From positions 96,001-160,000 of the forward strand of contig OZ245365.1 of the NCBI GenBank assembly GCA_965226495.1: a DNA stretch of 64,000 nucleotides, read 5' to 3'. Source of the stretch: Candidatus Marinacidobacterales bacterium (GTDB taxonomy: Bacteria; Acidobacteriota; Vicinamibacteria; Marinacidobacterales; DATDRI01). The position numbers and the translations under genes are program-made. Below the pieces are notes generated by a model, which was not told where the DNA came from, made no database searches, and was given only the letters and a program-made list of their open reading frames with translations. Of this stretch, positions 31,576 to 41,127 are shown piece by piece; the first letter of the stretch is position 1, and every line of letters starts with the position of its first letter.

Positions 31576-31591
31576 TGCAATGCCGGTGCCA
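31576..31591 (-). promoter_or_regulatory. sigma-54 promoter
   Basis: TGGCAC-CGGCA-TTGCA perfect consensus; AT-rich IHF-like tract at about 31620-31645. Confidence 0.8.
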
Positions 31592-31999
31592 GTTCTACTT
31601 GTTGGCGGCGAGCGGTTCTAAATAACTGTTGTTAATAGGGTTACACTTATTAGCCCGCGGCGGGACACGCCCATTTCAAGCCTGCCCATGTAAAGATCTT
31701 TTTAGTGGCTTCTGCGGAGCTTACAGTCGGCCGGGAGCGACATGACGTGTGACCGGCCGCGATGGGGAATCCCCACAAGCAGATCCAAGACCCTTTCTTC
31801 AATTAACTCGTTGATAACTAGACAGATATGGCTCTGCCAGGCGGGTTTTCCCGGCCCGTCCGGCCTATTCGAGGAGTGTCTGCGGGGGAGCCACCCCCGG
31901 ACGATTCGCGGCGTTCTAAATCGAAAAAGGGTTGGCTCGTAAATGCCTCTTGGAGAGCTACTTGAGAGAGGTGGATTGGCCCCTCCCTTGGAAGGTTCT

Positions 32000-32015
32000 T
32001 GGAACACACCTTGCT
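32000..32015 (+). promoter_or_regulatory. sigma-54 promoter of the PilW-like gene
   Basis: TGGAAC-ACACC-TTGCT with correct GG-N10-GC spacing. Confidence 0.6.
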
Positions 32016-32082
32016 TTAGTGCCACTGGGGTTTCCCCAGCCACCCAAAAAGATCGCCTGGCAGGAGAAAATCGGAGGAAGGT

Positions 32083-33351
32083 ATGAATACCGCGGACAAC
32101 CGGCACACGAGGTCGCAGCGAGGCTTCACGTTAATCGAGGTTCTCGTCGCGACGATGATCACGTTGATCGTTATGGCATCGGTGATGATGTTGCTTCAGC
32201 AGGGGCAGAGGAGCTTTCAGAGGGAGCCCGAAGTGGCTGACATGAACCAGAGTGCCCGCTCTGGTCTGGACATGATCAGCCGGGATCTCACGATGGCCGG
32301 GCTCAATACGCCACCCACGATCTCGATCATGTGGGTCGATGGTGGAGGCGACGACCCGGATGAGCTCACCATCGTGTACGCCGATCCGGACTTTCCGACA
32401 GTTATTCCGGTCTGTAGCGCTGGAGGCTCTGCCGCCGACGCGTCGGCCCCGAGCCCCATGCGCTTGGCCGATTTAGGCAACCTGCTCCGGTCGGCCAGGC
32501 TGCCCAGCCCGAATCTCTGGCGAAACCCGTTTGCTCTTCATGTTTCGGCCAGCTTCTTACCTTTCTTCGGCGCCGGCGGTGGTGGCAGTGGTGGCAGTGG
32601 CGGCAGTGGTGGTAGTGGAGGCGGAGGTGGATGCGGAACCGTGGGACGGTCGTCCACGGTATTCGTCGACACGTCGACGTTCAGCCCCCCGCAGGCGAAT
32701 CCCATGGACGCCTACTCCGATGGTCAAGTACTTTTCGCCATCGAGACCATGGACTGTGACCCCACCGGCGACGAGACCGCGCCTGACGGGATCGGCATCG
32801 TTCCCTTCGAGCTGACTCAAGATCCCGGCATGTCCGGCGGCAGCCTTCGTATGAACCACAATCCGGGCCAGGGTAGTACGGATATGAACCATCCCGGTGG
32901 CTTCAACGGAGAGGTGCACCCGACCTGTTCCATCATCGGTGTCTTCCGTGTCATCCAATACCGCATCAACCCATTGCCTCCGGCGGACAGTCCGAATCTG
33001 GAGCGAAGAGACCTGTCCGTTACCGGCGATGGAGGGCAATGGTTTCCCGTCGCCATGAACGTCGAGAACCTCCAGGTCCAGTTCGCGGTCGGTGGTACCA
33101 GCAACTTCGAAGACGATCCCGCAATCCCGGACTTTGCCGACCCCAATACATGGATTACGCAAGTGAGCGTGGAAGTAGACGCGACGAGTGCGACCCAGAA
33201 TCTCCAGGGAGCGTCTCAGGGGGTCTTCGCCGATGGCAACCGTCTCCGAAGAACGTTCAGGACGACGGTAAGCCTGCGAAACCAACAGAATGCCATTTCG
33301 ACTGCCTCTTTCGAGGCGGGAGGGCTCGGCAGCGCCGAGGGCTACAACTAG
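32083..33351 (+). CDS. Type IV minor pilin, PilW-like
   Basis: QRG-FTLIEVLVA prepilin cleavage motif, ISRDLTMAG, NVENLQVQF, TVSLRN; GGAGG SD. Confidence 0.85.
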   Translation: MNTADNRHTRSQRGFTLIEVLVATMITLIVMASVMMLLQQGQRSFQREPEVADMNQSARSGLDMISRDLTMAGLNTPPTISIMWVDGGGDDPDELTIVYADPDFPTVIPVCSAGGSAADASAPSPMRLADLGNLLRSARLPSPNLWRNPFALHVSASFLPFFGAGGGGSGGSGGSGGSGGGGGCGTVGRSSTVFVDTSTFSPPQANPMDAYSDGQVLFAIETMDCDPTGDETAPDGIGIVPFELTQDPGMSGGSLRMNHNPGQGSTDMNHPGGFNGEVHPTCSIIGVFRVIQYRINPLPPADSPNLERRDLSVTGDGGQWFPVAMNVENLQVQFAVGGTSNFEDDPAIPDFADPNTWITQVSVEVDATSATQNLQGASQGVFADGNRLRRTFRTTVSLRNQQNAISTASFEAGGLGSAEGYN

Positions 33352-33367
33352 TTCAGACTGCAACCAG

Positions 33368-33403
33368 CGAAGGGCCCGCGACCGCAAGGTGGCGGGCCTT
33401 TCG
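33368..33403. terminator. Terminator hairpin between convergent genes
   Basis: CGAAGGGCCCGC...GCAA...GCGGGCCTTTCG followed by TTT. Confidence 0.7.
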
Positions 33404-33422
33404 TTTGTGGTGACTAGTTTCT

Positions 33423-34376
33423 TTAGTTTCTGGGGGCGTAGTAGCCGAGCTTAGTGCGAACGAGAAGTCGATCGGAGGCCGTCTGGACCACGACGCGCCG
33501 CCAGCTTCCATCTCGTCTGGAATTGTTCGAGACGAAGCCGATGTTGTACTGGCTCTTGAGCTCCTTGGCGATCCGCTCGTAGGTGGATGCGAGCTCGTCG
33601 AGGTGCCCGGGAAAGAACCATTGGCCGCCCGTTTCCTCGGCTAACTTCTTGAGAACATGCTCCGCTTCGGAGAAGTGCTTGCTCCCACGTCCCTCCTCGC
33701 GGCGCAGGGAAATAGTGTAAATCGTAACGTCCGTATCCTTGGTCAGCTCCAGCACCTGATCGAACGTCACCAACGAGCTCGTATCCTCACCATCCGACAG
33801 CACGATGATGGCCTGCCGGCGAATGTCTGCGCGACGCCTCGATAGATCTTTGAGCGCGATGTAGAGCGCGTTATAGAGGCTGGTCGTTCCGCCCGCTTGG
33901 GTTCGTCGAATGGCGTGGCTGAGAACTTCCACGTCGGCGGTGAAGGGTTGGATGATGTGGGCCTTGCTGCCGAACTCGACCACTTCCGTCATGTCGTCCG
34001 ATTTCATGGTCTTCACAAAATTAGTCGCCGCCTGTTGGGCGAAGGACATCTTCTCCTCCATGCTGGCGCTCGAGTCGAGCAGAAGGATCATGCGGATGGG
34101 AAGGTCCTCCTGGGAGAACACGGAGATGTCTTGATGGATGCCATCTTCGAACACTCTAAAATCATCGCGGCCCAAGTCGGTCACGAACCGATTACGGGTG
34201 TCGGTCACCGTGACGTTCAAGGAAATGAGGTCGACGCTGACACGAAACTGATAGCGCCTCTCATCCACTTGCTGATCGCCGCTGCCGGCTTGGCCCGCGA
34301 CGTGGGAGGAGGAAGTGAGAAGCCCACCAGCGAGGAGTAGGGTCAGGAACGATTTCGCCGTTAATGGTGACAACAT
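33423..34376 (-). CDS. VWA domain protein (Acidobacterial VWFA-related type)
   Basis: Signal peptide, FRVSVDLISLNVTVTD, DSSAS MIDAS, LSDGED, QYNIGF. Confidence 0.88.
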   Translation of the reverse strand: MLSPLTAKSFLTLLLAGGLLTSSSHVAGQAGSGDQQVDERRYQFRVSVDLISLNVTVTDTRNRFVTDLGRDDFRVFEDGIHQDISVFSQEDLPIRMILLLDSSASMEEKMSFAQQAATNFVKTMKSDDMTEVVEFGSKAHIIQPFTADVEVLSHAIRRTQAGGTTSLYNALYIALKDLSRRRADIRRQAIIVLSDGEDTSSLVTFDQVLELTKDTDVTIYTISLRREEGRGSKHFSEAEHVLKKLAEETGGQWFFPGHLDELASTYERIAKELKSQYNIGFVSNNSRRDGSWRRVVVQTASDRLLVRTKLGYYAPRN

Positions 34377-34506
34377 ACTATGCTTGACACGACCTGAAGG
34401 CTGCTTGAGAATCGGCCCGATACGAACGAACTAACTGCTTTTTCGGCAACACTAAGCCGTACCGTCCATATATAACGCGCTTAGCGGGTCGGGTCAAAGG
34501 GAGGTT

Positions 34507-35007
34507 TTGTTGACGAGACGGGCTGCCGTGCTCACGATTAGCGACGGCGTCGTAGCCGGCGCCCGCGAAGATCGTTCCGGCGCCGTTGCCGAGACCCGGT
34601 TACGAGAGATGGGCTTCGACGTCGTCGACCGAAGCGCGGTGGCGGATGAACTGGAAGAGATTGAGAAGCGGTTGCGACAATGGGTGGACTCCGGCACTGC
34701 CGAGCTCATCCTCACTACGGGCGGCACCGGGCTCGGGCCCCGTGACGTGACCCCTGAGGCGGTTCGGCGAGTCGTCGAGCGAGAGCTGCCTGGGTACGGA
34801 GAGCTTCTACGAACGGATGGGTTGCGGCACACGCCAATGGCCGTTCTGTCCCGTAGCCTCGCCGGAGCGGTTGGGGACACGCTCATCGTCGCCCTCCCCG
34901 GAAATCCCAACGCGGTCAGCGAGGGGCTGGAAGCCCTCGGACCGACATTGGCCCACGCCCTGGATCTTCTAGCTGGTAAAACCAAGCACAACCACCTGGG
35001 GCAGTAG
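34507..35007 (+). CDS. moaB: Molybdopterin adenylyltransferase, MogA/MoaB family
   Basis: [30 protein letters not shown]. Confidence 0.88.
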   Translation: MLTRRAAVLTISDGVVAGAREDRSGAVAETRLREMGFDVVDRSAVADELEEIEKRLRQWVDSGTAELILTTGGTGLGPRDVTPEAVRRVVERELPGYGELLRTDGLRHTPMAVLSRSLAGAVGDTLIVALPGNPNAVSEGLEALGPTLAHALDLLAGKTKHNHLGQ

Positions 35008-35208
35008 GGGTTGTGGGGCCACGCAAAACTCGGAGTTGCCATGAACTGGATAGTGAGGCGCACGCAAAATACGGGGTTGCCACGAACCGGCTAGTCAGTG
35101 GGCGGTTGTTTCCTCGGCCGCCCGGGGGTAAGATAGGGTTTGTATCTTGCCGATAATATCCAAGGGGTTCCGCCATTTTTCGAGGTAACTCGTAACCCGG
35201 AGGACAGG

Positions 35209-35560
35209 ATGCAATCCACGCCACCGCGGCCAACCACACGTCGCCGATACTCGCGCGTCCCCTCTCTAGGGGAGTGCTTCGCGCAGTTGGGCAACGGGTG
35301 GGAAGGTTCAGTCATGGACGTGAGCCTGGGGGGATGTTGGTCCGCGTCAAACGCGTGCTCACACTAGGGTCTTCGTATTTCGTGAAGCTTTTGTTTCCCC
35401 GCCGCATCCTCGTCGTAGAGGCTCGGGTGGTCCGCGTGCAAACCGCCGCCGAGGATTTTCTGACCGGCATGGAGTTCTTGAAGCTTTGTGCGCCAAGCTT
35501 TCTTCCGATGACCGGGAGGTTCTTCGAGGCTTCACAGACGCCAAGCCGGAAAAGCCCTGA
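35209..35560 (+). pseudogene. PilZ domain protein with two frame lesions
   Basis: RRYSR and DVSLGG motifs; -1 G in the run at 35328-35333; 14-nt insertion with AAGCTTT direct repeat at 35481-35501; repairing both gives a clean 112-aa ORF. Confidence 0.7.
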
Positions 35561-35746
35561 TCGCATATTCCTTTTTTGAGGTGCCGTTCCTCGCCTGAGG
35601 TTCGGCTCGCGCCCTTCGCCCTTCCGCTCGCCCATCGTATCGCTCGGCAATGGGGTTTGCCCCATGGGAAGTCCGAGGCTATAATGTCGAATTCGACGGA
35701 AATAGGAGTACTCAGCTACTGGCGTAGAAGCGACTCAAAGCGGACC

Positions 35747-36088
35747 ATGAAGAAAACCGACCTTACCCAGTACAAGAAAACGCTTCTTGGAAAAAAGACC
35801 GAGCTCGAGCAATCGATAGGTCGAACCTTGCTCACCGAAGGCTCGAATACCGATGGTCACGGTGACTTTGCGGATCGCTCCGCCGCGGCGAATGAAGAAG
35901 AGATCAGCATACAGCTCAAGCAAACGGACACCAAGCTACTTAGAGCTATCGAGGTCGCTCTTCAGCGGATCGAATCGGGAAACTACGGGATCTGCATCGA
36001 CTGCGAGGAAGAGATCGCGGGCGCACGCTTAAAGGCCGTGCCTTGGACCAAAGTCTGTATTGACTGCAAGGAAAAGCAGTACAGCTAG
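35747..36088 (+). CDS. DksA/TraR C4 zinc-finger protein
   Basis: DFADRS coiled-coil tip, YGICIDC, RLKAVPW, CIDCK. Confidence 0.88.
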   Translation: MKKTDLTQYKKTLLGKKTELEQSIGRTLLTEGSNTDGHGDFADRSAAANEEEISIQLKQTDTKLLRAIEVALQRIESGNYGICIDCEEEIAGARLKAVPWTKVCIDCKEKQYS

Positions 36089-36124
36089 CTCTTCCCCCCC
36101 GTCTCAGCACCGGAGGTTCGAAAC

Positions 36125-36915
36125 GTGGAGCTCGGCCTCGCCGGCAAGGTGGCTTTGGTTGCTGGCGCCAGTCGAGGACTCGGTCGCGCGGTTGCCGAAG
36201 CTCTCGCCGCCGAGGACGTGAATCTTGTCCTTTGTGCTCGCTCCGCCGATGATCTTACTGTTGCCGAGACTGCTATCCAGAAAAACTCGCGTGTCGAGAT
36301 CCTCGCGAGACCCACTGACGTAACAAAAGAGACGGAAGTCGGTTCCCTCGTCGATGCAGCCCTCGAGCGTTTCGGTCGCATAGACGTTCTCGTTGCCAAC
36401 GCGGGAGGTCCCCCTTCGACTCGGTTCGTCGATACCGAGATGGAAGATTGGCGTCAGGGTTGGAGCTCAATCTTTTCTCGACGATCCTGCTGTCGCGCGC
36501 CGTCGTGCCCTCGATGAAGAGCCACGGTTGGGGAAGGGTAGTCGTTATCGCCTCGGTCTCCGCCAAACAACCGATCGACGGGCTCGTCATCTCGAATACA
36601 TCTCGTCTCGGAGTCGTAGGCCTCGCCAAGTCGATGGCGTCGGAGCTTGCACCGGACGGTATTCTCGTCAACGTCGTGTGCCCGGGCTTCACACGAACCG
36701 AGCGACTGGAAGAGCTTGCCTCACAAATGGCGAAACGCGCCGGGACCGACCCGGAGGCGATCCATCGGAAGTGGACGAGCGCGATTCCGATGGGGAGGTT
36801 AGGGGAGCCGGAGGAACTGGCGGCTCTTGTCGCCTTTTTGGCTTCGGAGAAGGCGAGCTACATCACTGGAACCTGCATCCAGGTGGATGGGGGCTGGGTC
36901 AAGGGTGTATTCTAG
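36125..36915 (+). pseudogene. SDR oxidoreductase (FabG-like), frameshifted
   Basis: GASRGLG, NAGGP, SNTSR, VDGG motifs split over two frames; adding one G at 36457-36459 restores the frame. Confidence 0.8.
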
Positions 36916-36969
36916 GCCCGGAACCCCCCAGAACCTATTGTCCATCAGTAGGTAAGCCGAATCTGGGAC

Positions 36970-36999
36970 TTGACAAAGAATTCAGGCGCATGCTATAGA
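36970..36999 (+). promoter_or_regulatory. sigma-70 promoter upstream of nuoL
   Basis: TTGACA-18 bp-(TGc)TATAGA; GC hairpin in the 5' UTR at about 37020-37057. Confidence 0.6.
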
Positions 37000-37097
37000 T
37001 CCGCGTCGTTTCGACTGTAGGGGAGGCCACTTTCCTAAGAAGGAGGGGGCCTCCTCGAAGTTTGTAGAGCGCGTTCTCTTCGCACATAAGACAAATC

Positions 37098-39200
37098 GTG
37101 AGTGAACTTTTCTGGTTAATTCCGCTCCTGCCCGGACTCGGAGCAGCCTTCAACGGGCTTCTGGGCAAGCGACTTCCCAAGGGCCTCGTTTCAGCCGTTG
37201 CCTGCGGAAGCATCGGTGCGTCGTTTCTCCTCGCTGTCGGTAGCTTCTTCGGAATCTTCTGGACCGGCGGGGGCGTCGCCGTTGAGACCGTCAAGCTCTT
37301 CACTTGGATTCCGGGAATGGGCGTCCCTATGGTGGACGGGTCGCTCACCAACCTCAACATCGCCTGGGAATATCGACTGGATTCTCTCTCCATGGTGATG
37401 ACGCTGGTAGTGAGCGGGGTGGGATTCCTGATCCACGTGTACTCGATGGGCTACATGGCTCACGACGAGGGCTACGCTCGCTTCTTCGCATACCTGAACC
37501 TGTTCAGTTTCTTCATGCTCAATTTGGTGCTGGGCGCGAACTTTCTGCTCCTGTTCATCGGGTGGGAGGGCGTGGGACTCTGCTCGTACTTGCTCATCGG
37601 GTTTTGGTTCGAGAGAAAGTCGGCTGCTGACGCCGGGAAGAAGGCTTTCATCGTCAACCGAATCGGTGACGCGGGATTCCTTTTGGCGATAATGTTGATA
37701 TTCGTCAACTTCGGGTCGCTCGACTTCTATGCGGTGATGGGCGCGATCGCGGATCGCTTCACTCAACCCGAGGTAGGTCTCGGGCTACTGTCCGTAATCG
37801 GAATCCTGCTTTTTATCGGCGCCGCCGGCAAGTCGGCGCAAATTCCCCTTTACGTTTGGTTGCCCGACGCCATGGAAGGTCCGACGCCGGTGTCGGCATT
37901 GATACACGCTGCCACCATGGTGACCGCCGGCGTCTACATGGTGGCCCGCTGTGGGGTGCTCTTCGAACATGCACCGTTGGCGCTCACGGTGGTCGCGGTG
38001 GTCGGGGCGGTGACGGCGATCTTTGCGGCCTCCATCGGTCTGGTGCAAAACGACATCAAGAGAGTGCTCGCATACTCCACGGTTTCGCAGCTCGGCTACA
38101 TGTTCTTGGCATGTGGGGTCGGTGCTTTTGGCGCCGGCATCTTTCATCTGATGACCCACGCCTTCTTCAAGGCCTGCCTGTTCTTGGGCTCGGGGAGCGT
38201 CATCCACTCCATGGAACATGCGGAGCATGAGTCGGGTGGACATCGGGGCTACACCGAGATGCAGGACATGCGGAACATGGGCGGACTCTACCGTCACATG
38301 CCCAAAACGGGACTGACGTTCATGATCGCGACCGCCGCCCTTGCCGGCGTGCCGTTGACGGCCGGGTTTTTCAGCAAGGACGAGATCCTGTGGAAGGCGT
38401 GGAGCGGCCCCCACGGGCATTGGGCCCTCTGGCTCATCGGGCTCGTTGCCGCCGGAATGACCGCTTTCTACATGGGGCGACAAGTCTTGATGACGTTCTT
38501 CGGGAAGTTTCGAGGTGGAGAGAAGATGGAGGCTCATCTCCATGAGTCTCCGGCCGTCATGACCTGGCCGCTCATTCTCCTGGCCGCCGGATCGATCTTT
38601 GCCGGATGGGTCGGTTGGCCGCACGCCTTTGGCGGTTCGAACCGAATCGAGGGTTTCCTCGAGCCGGCCATCATGGCGGGGACGCACGCGGCGGCCTCTG
38701 AGGCAGGGGCAGCGGCAGAGGCGGTTCACCACGGTGCCGCCAGCACTGAGATCCTGTTCGCTCTGATTTCCATCGCCGTCGCGGGCTTCGGCCTCTTCCT
38801 TGCTTACACTTTCTACGTCCGGCGACCGGAAAAGCCGAAGGCGATGGCGGAGGCTTGGCCCGTCGCCCACCGGGTTCTCTACAACAAGTACTACGTCGAT
38901 GAGGCTTACGACAAGACGTTCGTACAAGGGACCTTGGACCGCGCCAGGGGATTGTACTGGTTCGACGCGAAGGTGGTCGACGGCGCGGTCAACGCGGCGG
39001 CCTTGGGAACGCTGATCATTAGCTATATTTCCAATTTCTTCGATATGCATTTCGTCGATGGCGTAGTGAACGGGGTGGGTTCCATGCTGGCGAGCTTGTC
39101 CGGAATCTTCCGTCGCGTCCAGACCGGATTGGTTCAGAACTATGCCCTGGTGATGCTAGTGGGCATCTTCGTCTTGGTCGGTTTGTATCTTTTGATTTAA
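37098..39200 (+). CDS. nuoL: NADH-quinone oxidoreductase subunit L (extended HL helix)
   Basis: GWEGVGLCSY, NRIGD, GKSAQIPLYVWLPDAMEGPTPVSALIHAATMV, HAFFKA, QTG. Confidence 0.95.
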   Translation: MSELFWLIPLLPGLGAAFNGLLGKRLPKGLVSAVACGSIGASFLLAVGSFFGIFWTGGGVAVETVKLFTWIPGMGVPMVDGSLTNLNIAWEYRLDSLSMVMTLVVSGVGFLIHVYSMGYMAHDEGYARFFAYLNLFSFFMLNLVLGANFLLLFIGWEGVGLCSYLLIGFWFERKSAADAGKKAFIVNRIGDAGFLLAIMLIFVNFGSLDFYAVMGAIADRFTQPEVGLGLLSVIGILLFIGAAGKSAQIPLYVWLPDAMEGPTPVSALIHAATMVTAGVYMVARCGVLFEHAPLALTVVAVVGAVTAIFAASIGLVQNDIKRVLAYSTVSQLGYMFLACGVGAFGAGIFHLMTHAFFKACLFLGSGSVIHSMEHAEHESGGHRGYTEMQDMRNMGGLYRHMPKTGLTFMIATAALAGVPLTAGFFSKDEILWKAWSGPHGHWALWLIGLVAAGMTAFYMGRQVLMTFFGKFRGGEKMEAHLHESPAVMTWPLILLAAGSIFAGWVGWPHAFGGSNRIEGFLEPAIMAGTHAAASEAGAAAEAVHHGAASTEILFALISIAVAGFGLFLAYTFYVRRPEKPKAMAEAWPVAHRVLYNKYYVDEAYDKTFVQGTLDRARGLYWFDAKVVDGAVNAAALGTLIISYISNFFDMHFVDGVVNGVGSMLASLSGIFRRVQTGLVQNYALVMLVGIFVLVGLYLLI

Positions 39201-39216
39201 GGGAAGGACTCGCTCG

Positions 39217-40791
39217 ATGCTCGAGAACAATCCGCTCGGTTGGCCAATCCTATCCTGGGTCGTTTTTTTCCCGGGCGTCGGGGGCCTCATCATCCTGTTC
39301 TTCACGAAGAAACATCAAGGGGATTTGATTCGGTGGCTCGCGAATATCTTCGGTTTTCTCGGGTTCGCCATTTCGTTGCCGCTCTGGTTCTACTTCGACC
39401 CCTCTGGGCCGCAGTTCCAGTTCATGGAACGCCACGATTGGATCCCAAGCATCGGCGTTCAGTATTTCCTGGGCATCGACGGAATCAGTTTGCTGCTCAT
39501 CCTGCTCACGACCATGCTCGGTTTCATCGCGATTCTTTCCTCATGGACATCGATTACCGAGCGGGTCAAAGAGTATTACGTGATGCTGCTCCTCCTCCAG
39601 ACGGGGATGCTGGGCGTCTTCGTGTCCTTGGACTTCTTTCTCTTCTACGTTTTTTGGGAAGTCATGCTGGTCCCGATGTACTTCCTCATCGGTGTGTGGG
39701 GTGGACCGAGAAGGCTCTACGCCGCCATCAAGTTCTTCCTGTATACGCTGGTGGGAAGCGTGTTGATGCTGCTTGGCATCCTGGCGCTCTACTTTTATTA
39801 CTACGCCCAGACCGGGGTCTACACCTTCGACGTCCTGGAGATCATGAACATCGGACTCCCCGCTGACCTCCAGTTCTGGGTCTTCTTGGCATTCTTCGTC
39901 GGCTTCGCCATCAAAGTGCCGATGTTTCCTTTTCACACCTGGCTTCCCGACGCGCACGTGGAAGCGCCTACTGCGGGCTCGGTAATTCTGGCCGGTGTGC
40001 TCTTGAAGATGGGGACCTACGGTTTCGTGCGGTTCTCGCTTCCTCTTTTGCCGGACGCGAGTAAAGATGCCGTCTGGTGGATGGTTCTCTTGGCCATCAT
40101 CAGCATTGTTTATGGCGCGATGGTGGCGTTGGTACAGAGCGATTGGAAGAAGCTGGTCGCTTACAGCTCGGTAAGCCACTTGGGTTTCGTGATGCTGGGG
40201 ATCTTCGCCTTGAACGAAATCGGCCTTCAGGGTGGGATCCTGCAGATGATCAACCATGGACTCTCAACCGGCGGCCTCTTCTTGACGGTGGGCCTTATTT
40301 ACGAGCGGCGTCACACGCGTGAGATCGCTGACTTTGGAGGGCTTGCCAAGGTGGTGCCGGTCTTCGCAGCGATGTTCCTCGTCATTGCGTTGGCCTCATT
40401 GGGGCTGCCACTGCTGAACGGTTTTATCGGGGAGTTCATGATTCTGCAAGGAGCGTTCGCCGTCGAACCGTGGTGGGCGGCATTTGCCGTGTTGGGGATT
40501 GTTCTCGGAGCGGCCTACCTGCTTTGGCTTTACCAGAGGACGATGTTCGGTAAGCTGGACAAACCGGAGAACATGAAGCTCCAGGATCTGGATTGGCGCG
40601 AGCGCTGGACGCTCATTCCGATCATCGCCTTTTGCATCTGGATTGGCGTCTACCCCGCGCCCTTCCTTAAACGTCTCGAGGTGCCGGTTCGGGCGATCGT
40701 AGAAAAGATCGAGGCCAATCCGATCGAGGCGGCCCGCGCCCCGGCCCTTCAATCTGTCACGACTCAGGAGCCGAGTGGCCCCAACCGATAA
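39217..40791 (+). CDS. nuoM: NADH-quinone oxidoreductase subunit M
   Basis: FYVFWE, AAIKFFLYT, IKVPMFPFHTWLPDAH, LLKMG, AYSSVSH, NGFIGE. Confidence 0.95.
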   Translation: MLENNPLGWPILSWVVFFPGVGGLIILFFTKKHQGDLIRWLANIFGFLGFAISLPLWFYFDPSGPQFQFMERHDWIPSIGVQYFLGIDGISLLLILLTTMLGFIAILSSWTSITERVKEYYVMLLLLQTGMLGVFVSLDFFLFYVFWEVMLVPMYFLIGVWGGPRRLYAAIKFFLYTLVGSVLMLLGILALYFYYYAQTGVYTFDVLEIMNIGLPADLQFWVFLAFFVGFAIKVPMFPFHTWLPDAHVEAPTAGSVILAGVLLKMGTYGFVRFSLPLLPDASKDAVWWMVLLAIISIVYGAMVALVQSDWKKLVAYSSVSHLGFVMLGIFALNEIGLQGGILQMINHGLSTGGLFLTVGLIYERRHTREIADFGGLAKVVPVFAAMFLVIALASLGLPLLNGFIGEFMILQGAFAVEPWWAAFAVLGIVLGAAYLLWLYQRTMFGKLDKPENMKLQDLDWRERWTLIPIIAFCIWIGVYPAPFLKRLEVPVRAIVEKIEANPIEAARAPALQSVTTQEPSGPNR

Positions 40792-40841
40792 CGTCCGATA
40801 AACGGCCGATAGACGATCGATAAAAGGCCGATAAACGACCG
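40785..40841. repeat. About five degenerate 11-bp tandem repeats (CCGATAAACGR)
   Basis: ccgataacgt ccgataaacgg ccgatagacga tcgataaaagg ccgataaacga ccg. Confidence 0.8.
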
Positions 40842-40899
40842 CTCATCGGGGCACGCCGCCGGCCGGCTCGGCCCTAGGGCCGGCGGGGCGGCCAGACAA

Positions 40900-41127
40900 A
40901 TGCCAAAACCTTCCGACTCCGGAGGGAGATTTCAGAAGCTCGCGCTGCTTTCTACCGTAGGGCTGATGTTCCCCATTTCCATCACCTTGGGGGCCGCGGC
41001 CGGCTACTACTTGGACCACTGGCTCGGTACCTTTCCGTGGCTCGCGTTCGTATTTCTGTGTTTCGGGATTGCCGCGCCGTTCATCCACCTATTCCGCGTG
41101 CTCAAGAAGTTCGATGGGACCCCCTAA
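40900..41127 (+). CDS. atpZ: AtpZ/ATPase gene-1 family protein
   Basis: Two TM helices with GYYLDHWLGTFPW motif, upstream of atpI-atpB. Confidence 0.82.
   Translation: MPKPSDSGGRFQKLALLSTVGLMFPISITLGAAAGYYLDHWLGTFPWLAFVFLCFGIAAPFIHLFRVLKKFDGTP

Noticed and set aside
31933-31947. Additional sigma-54 site TGGCTCGTAAATGC
   Set aside because: GG-GC spacing is 9 nt, not the required 10
36448-36470. Programmed ribosomal frameshift in the SDR gene
   Set aside because: No X XXY YYZ slippery heptamer or stimulatory structure; a simple indel is more likely
37785-39050. 421-aa antisense ORF over nuoL, and similar long shadow ORFs (59112-60338, 25954-26715, 22-792)
   Set aside because: They mirror well-conserved genes on the opposite strand, have no motifs, and are expected in high-GC DNA
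40785-40841. Possible CRISPR array
   Set aside because: 11-bp units with no unique spacers, and no cas genes in the window
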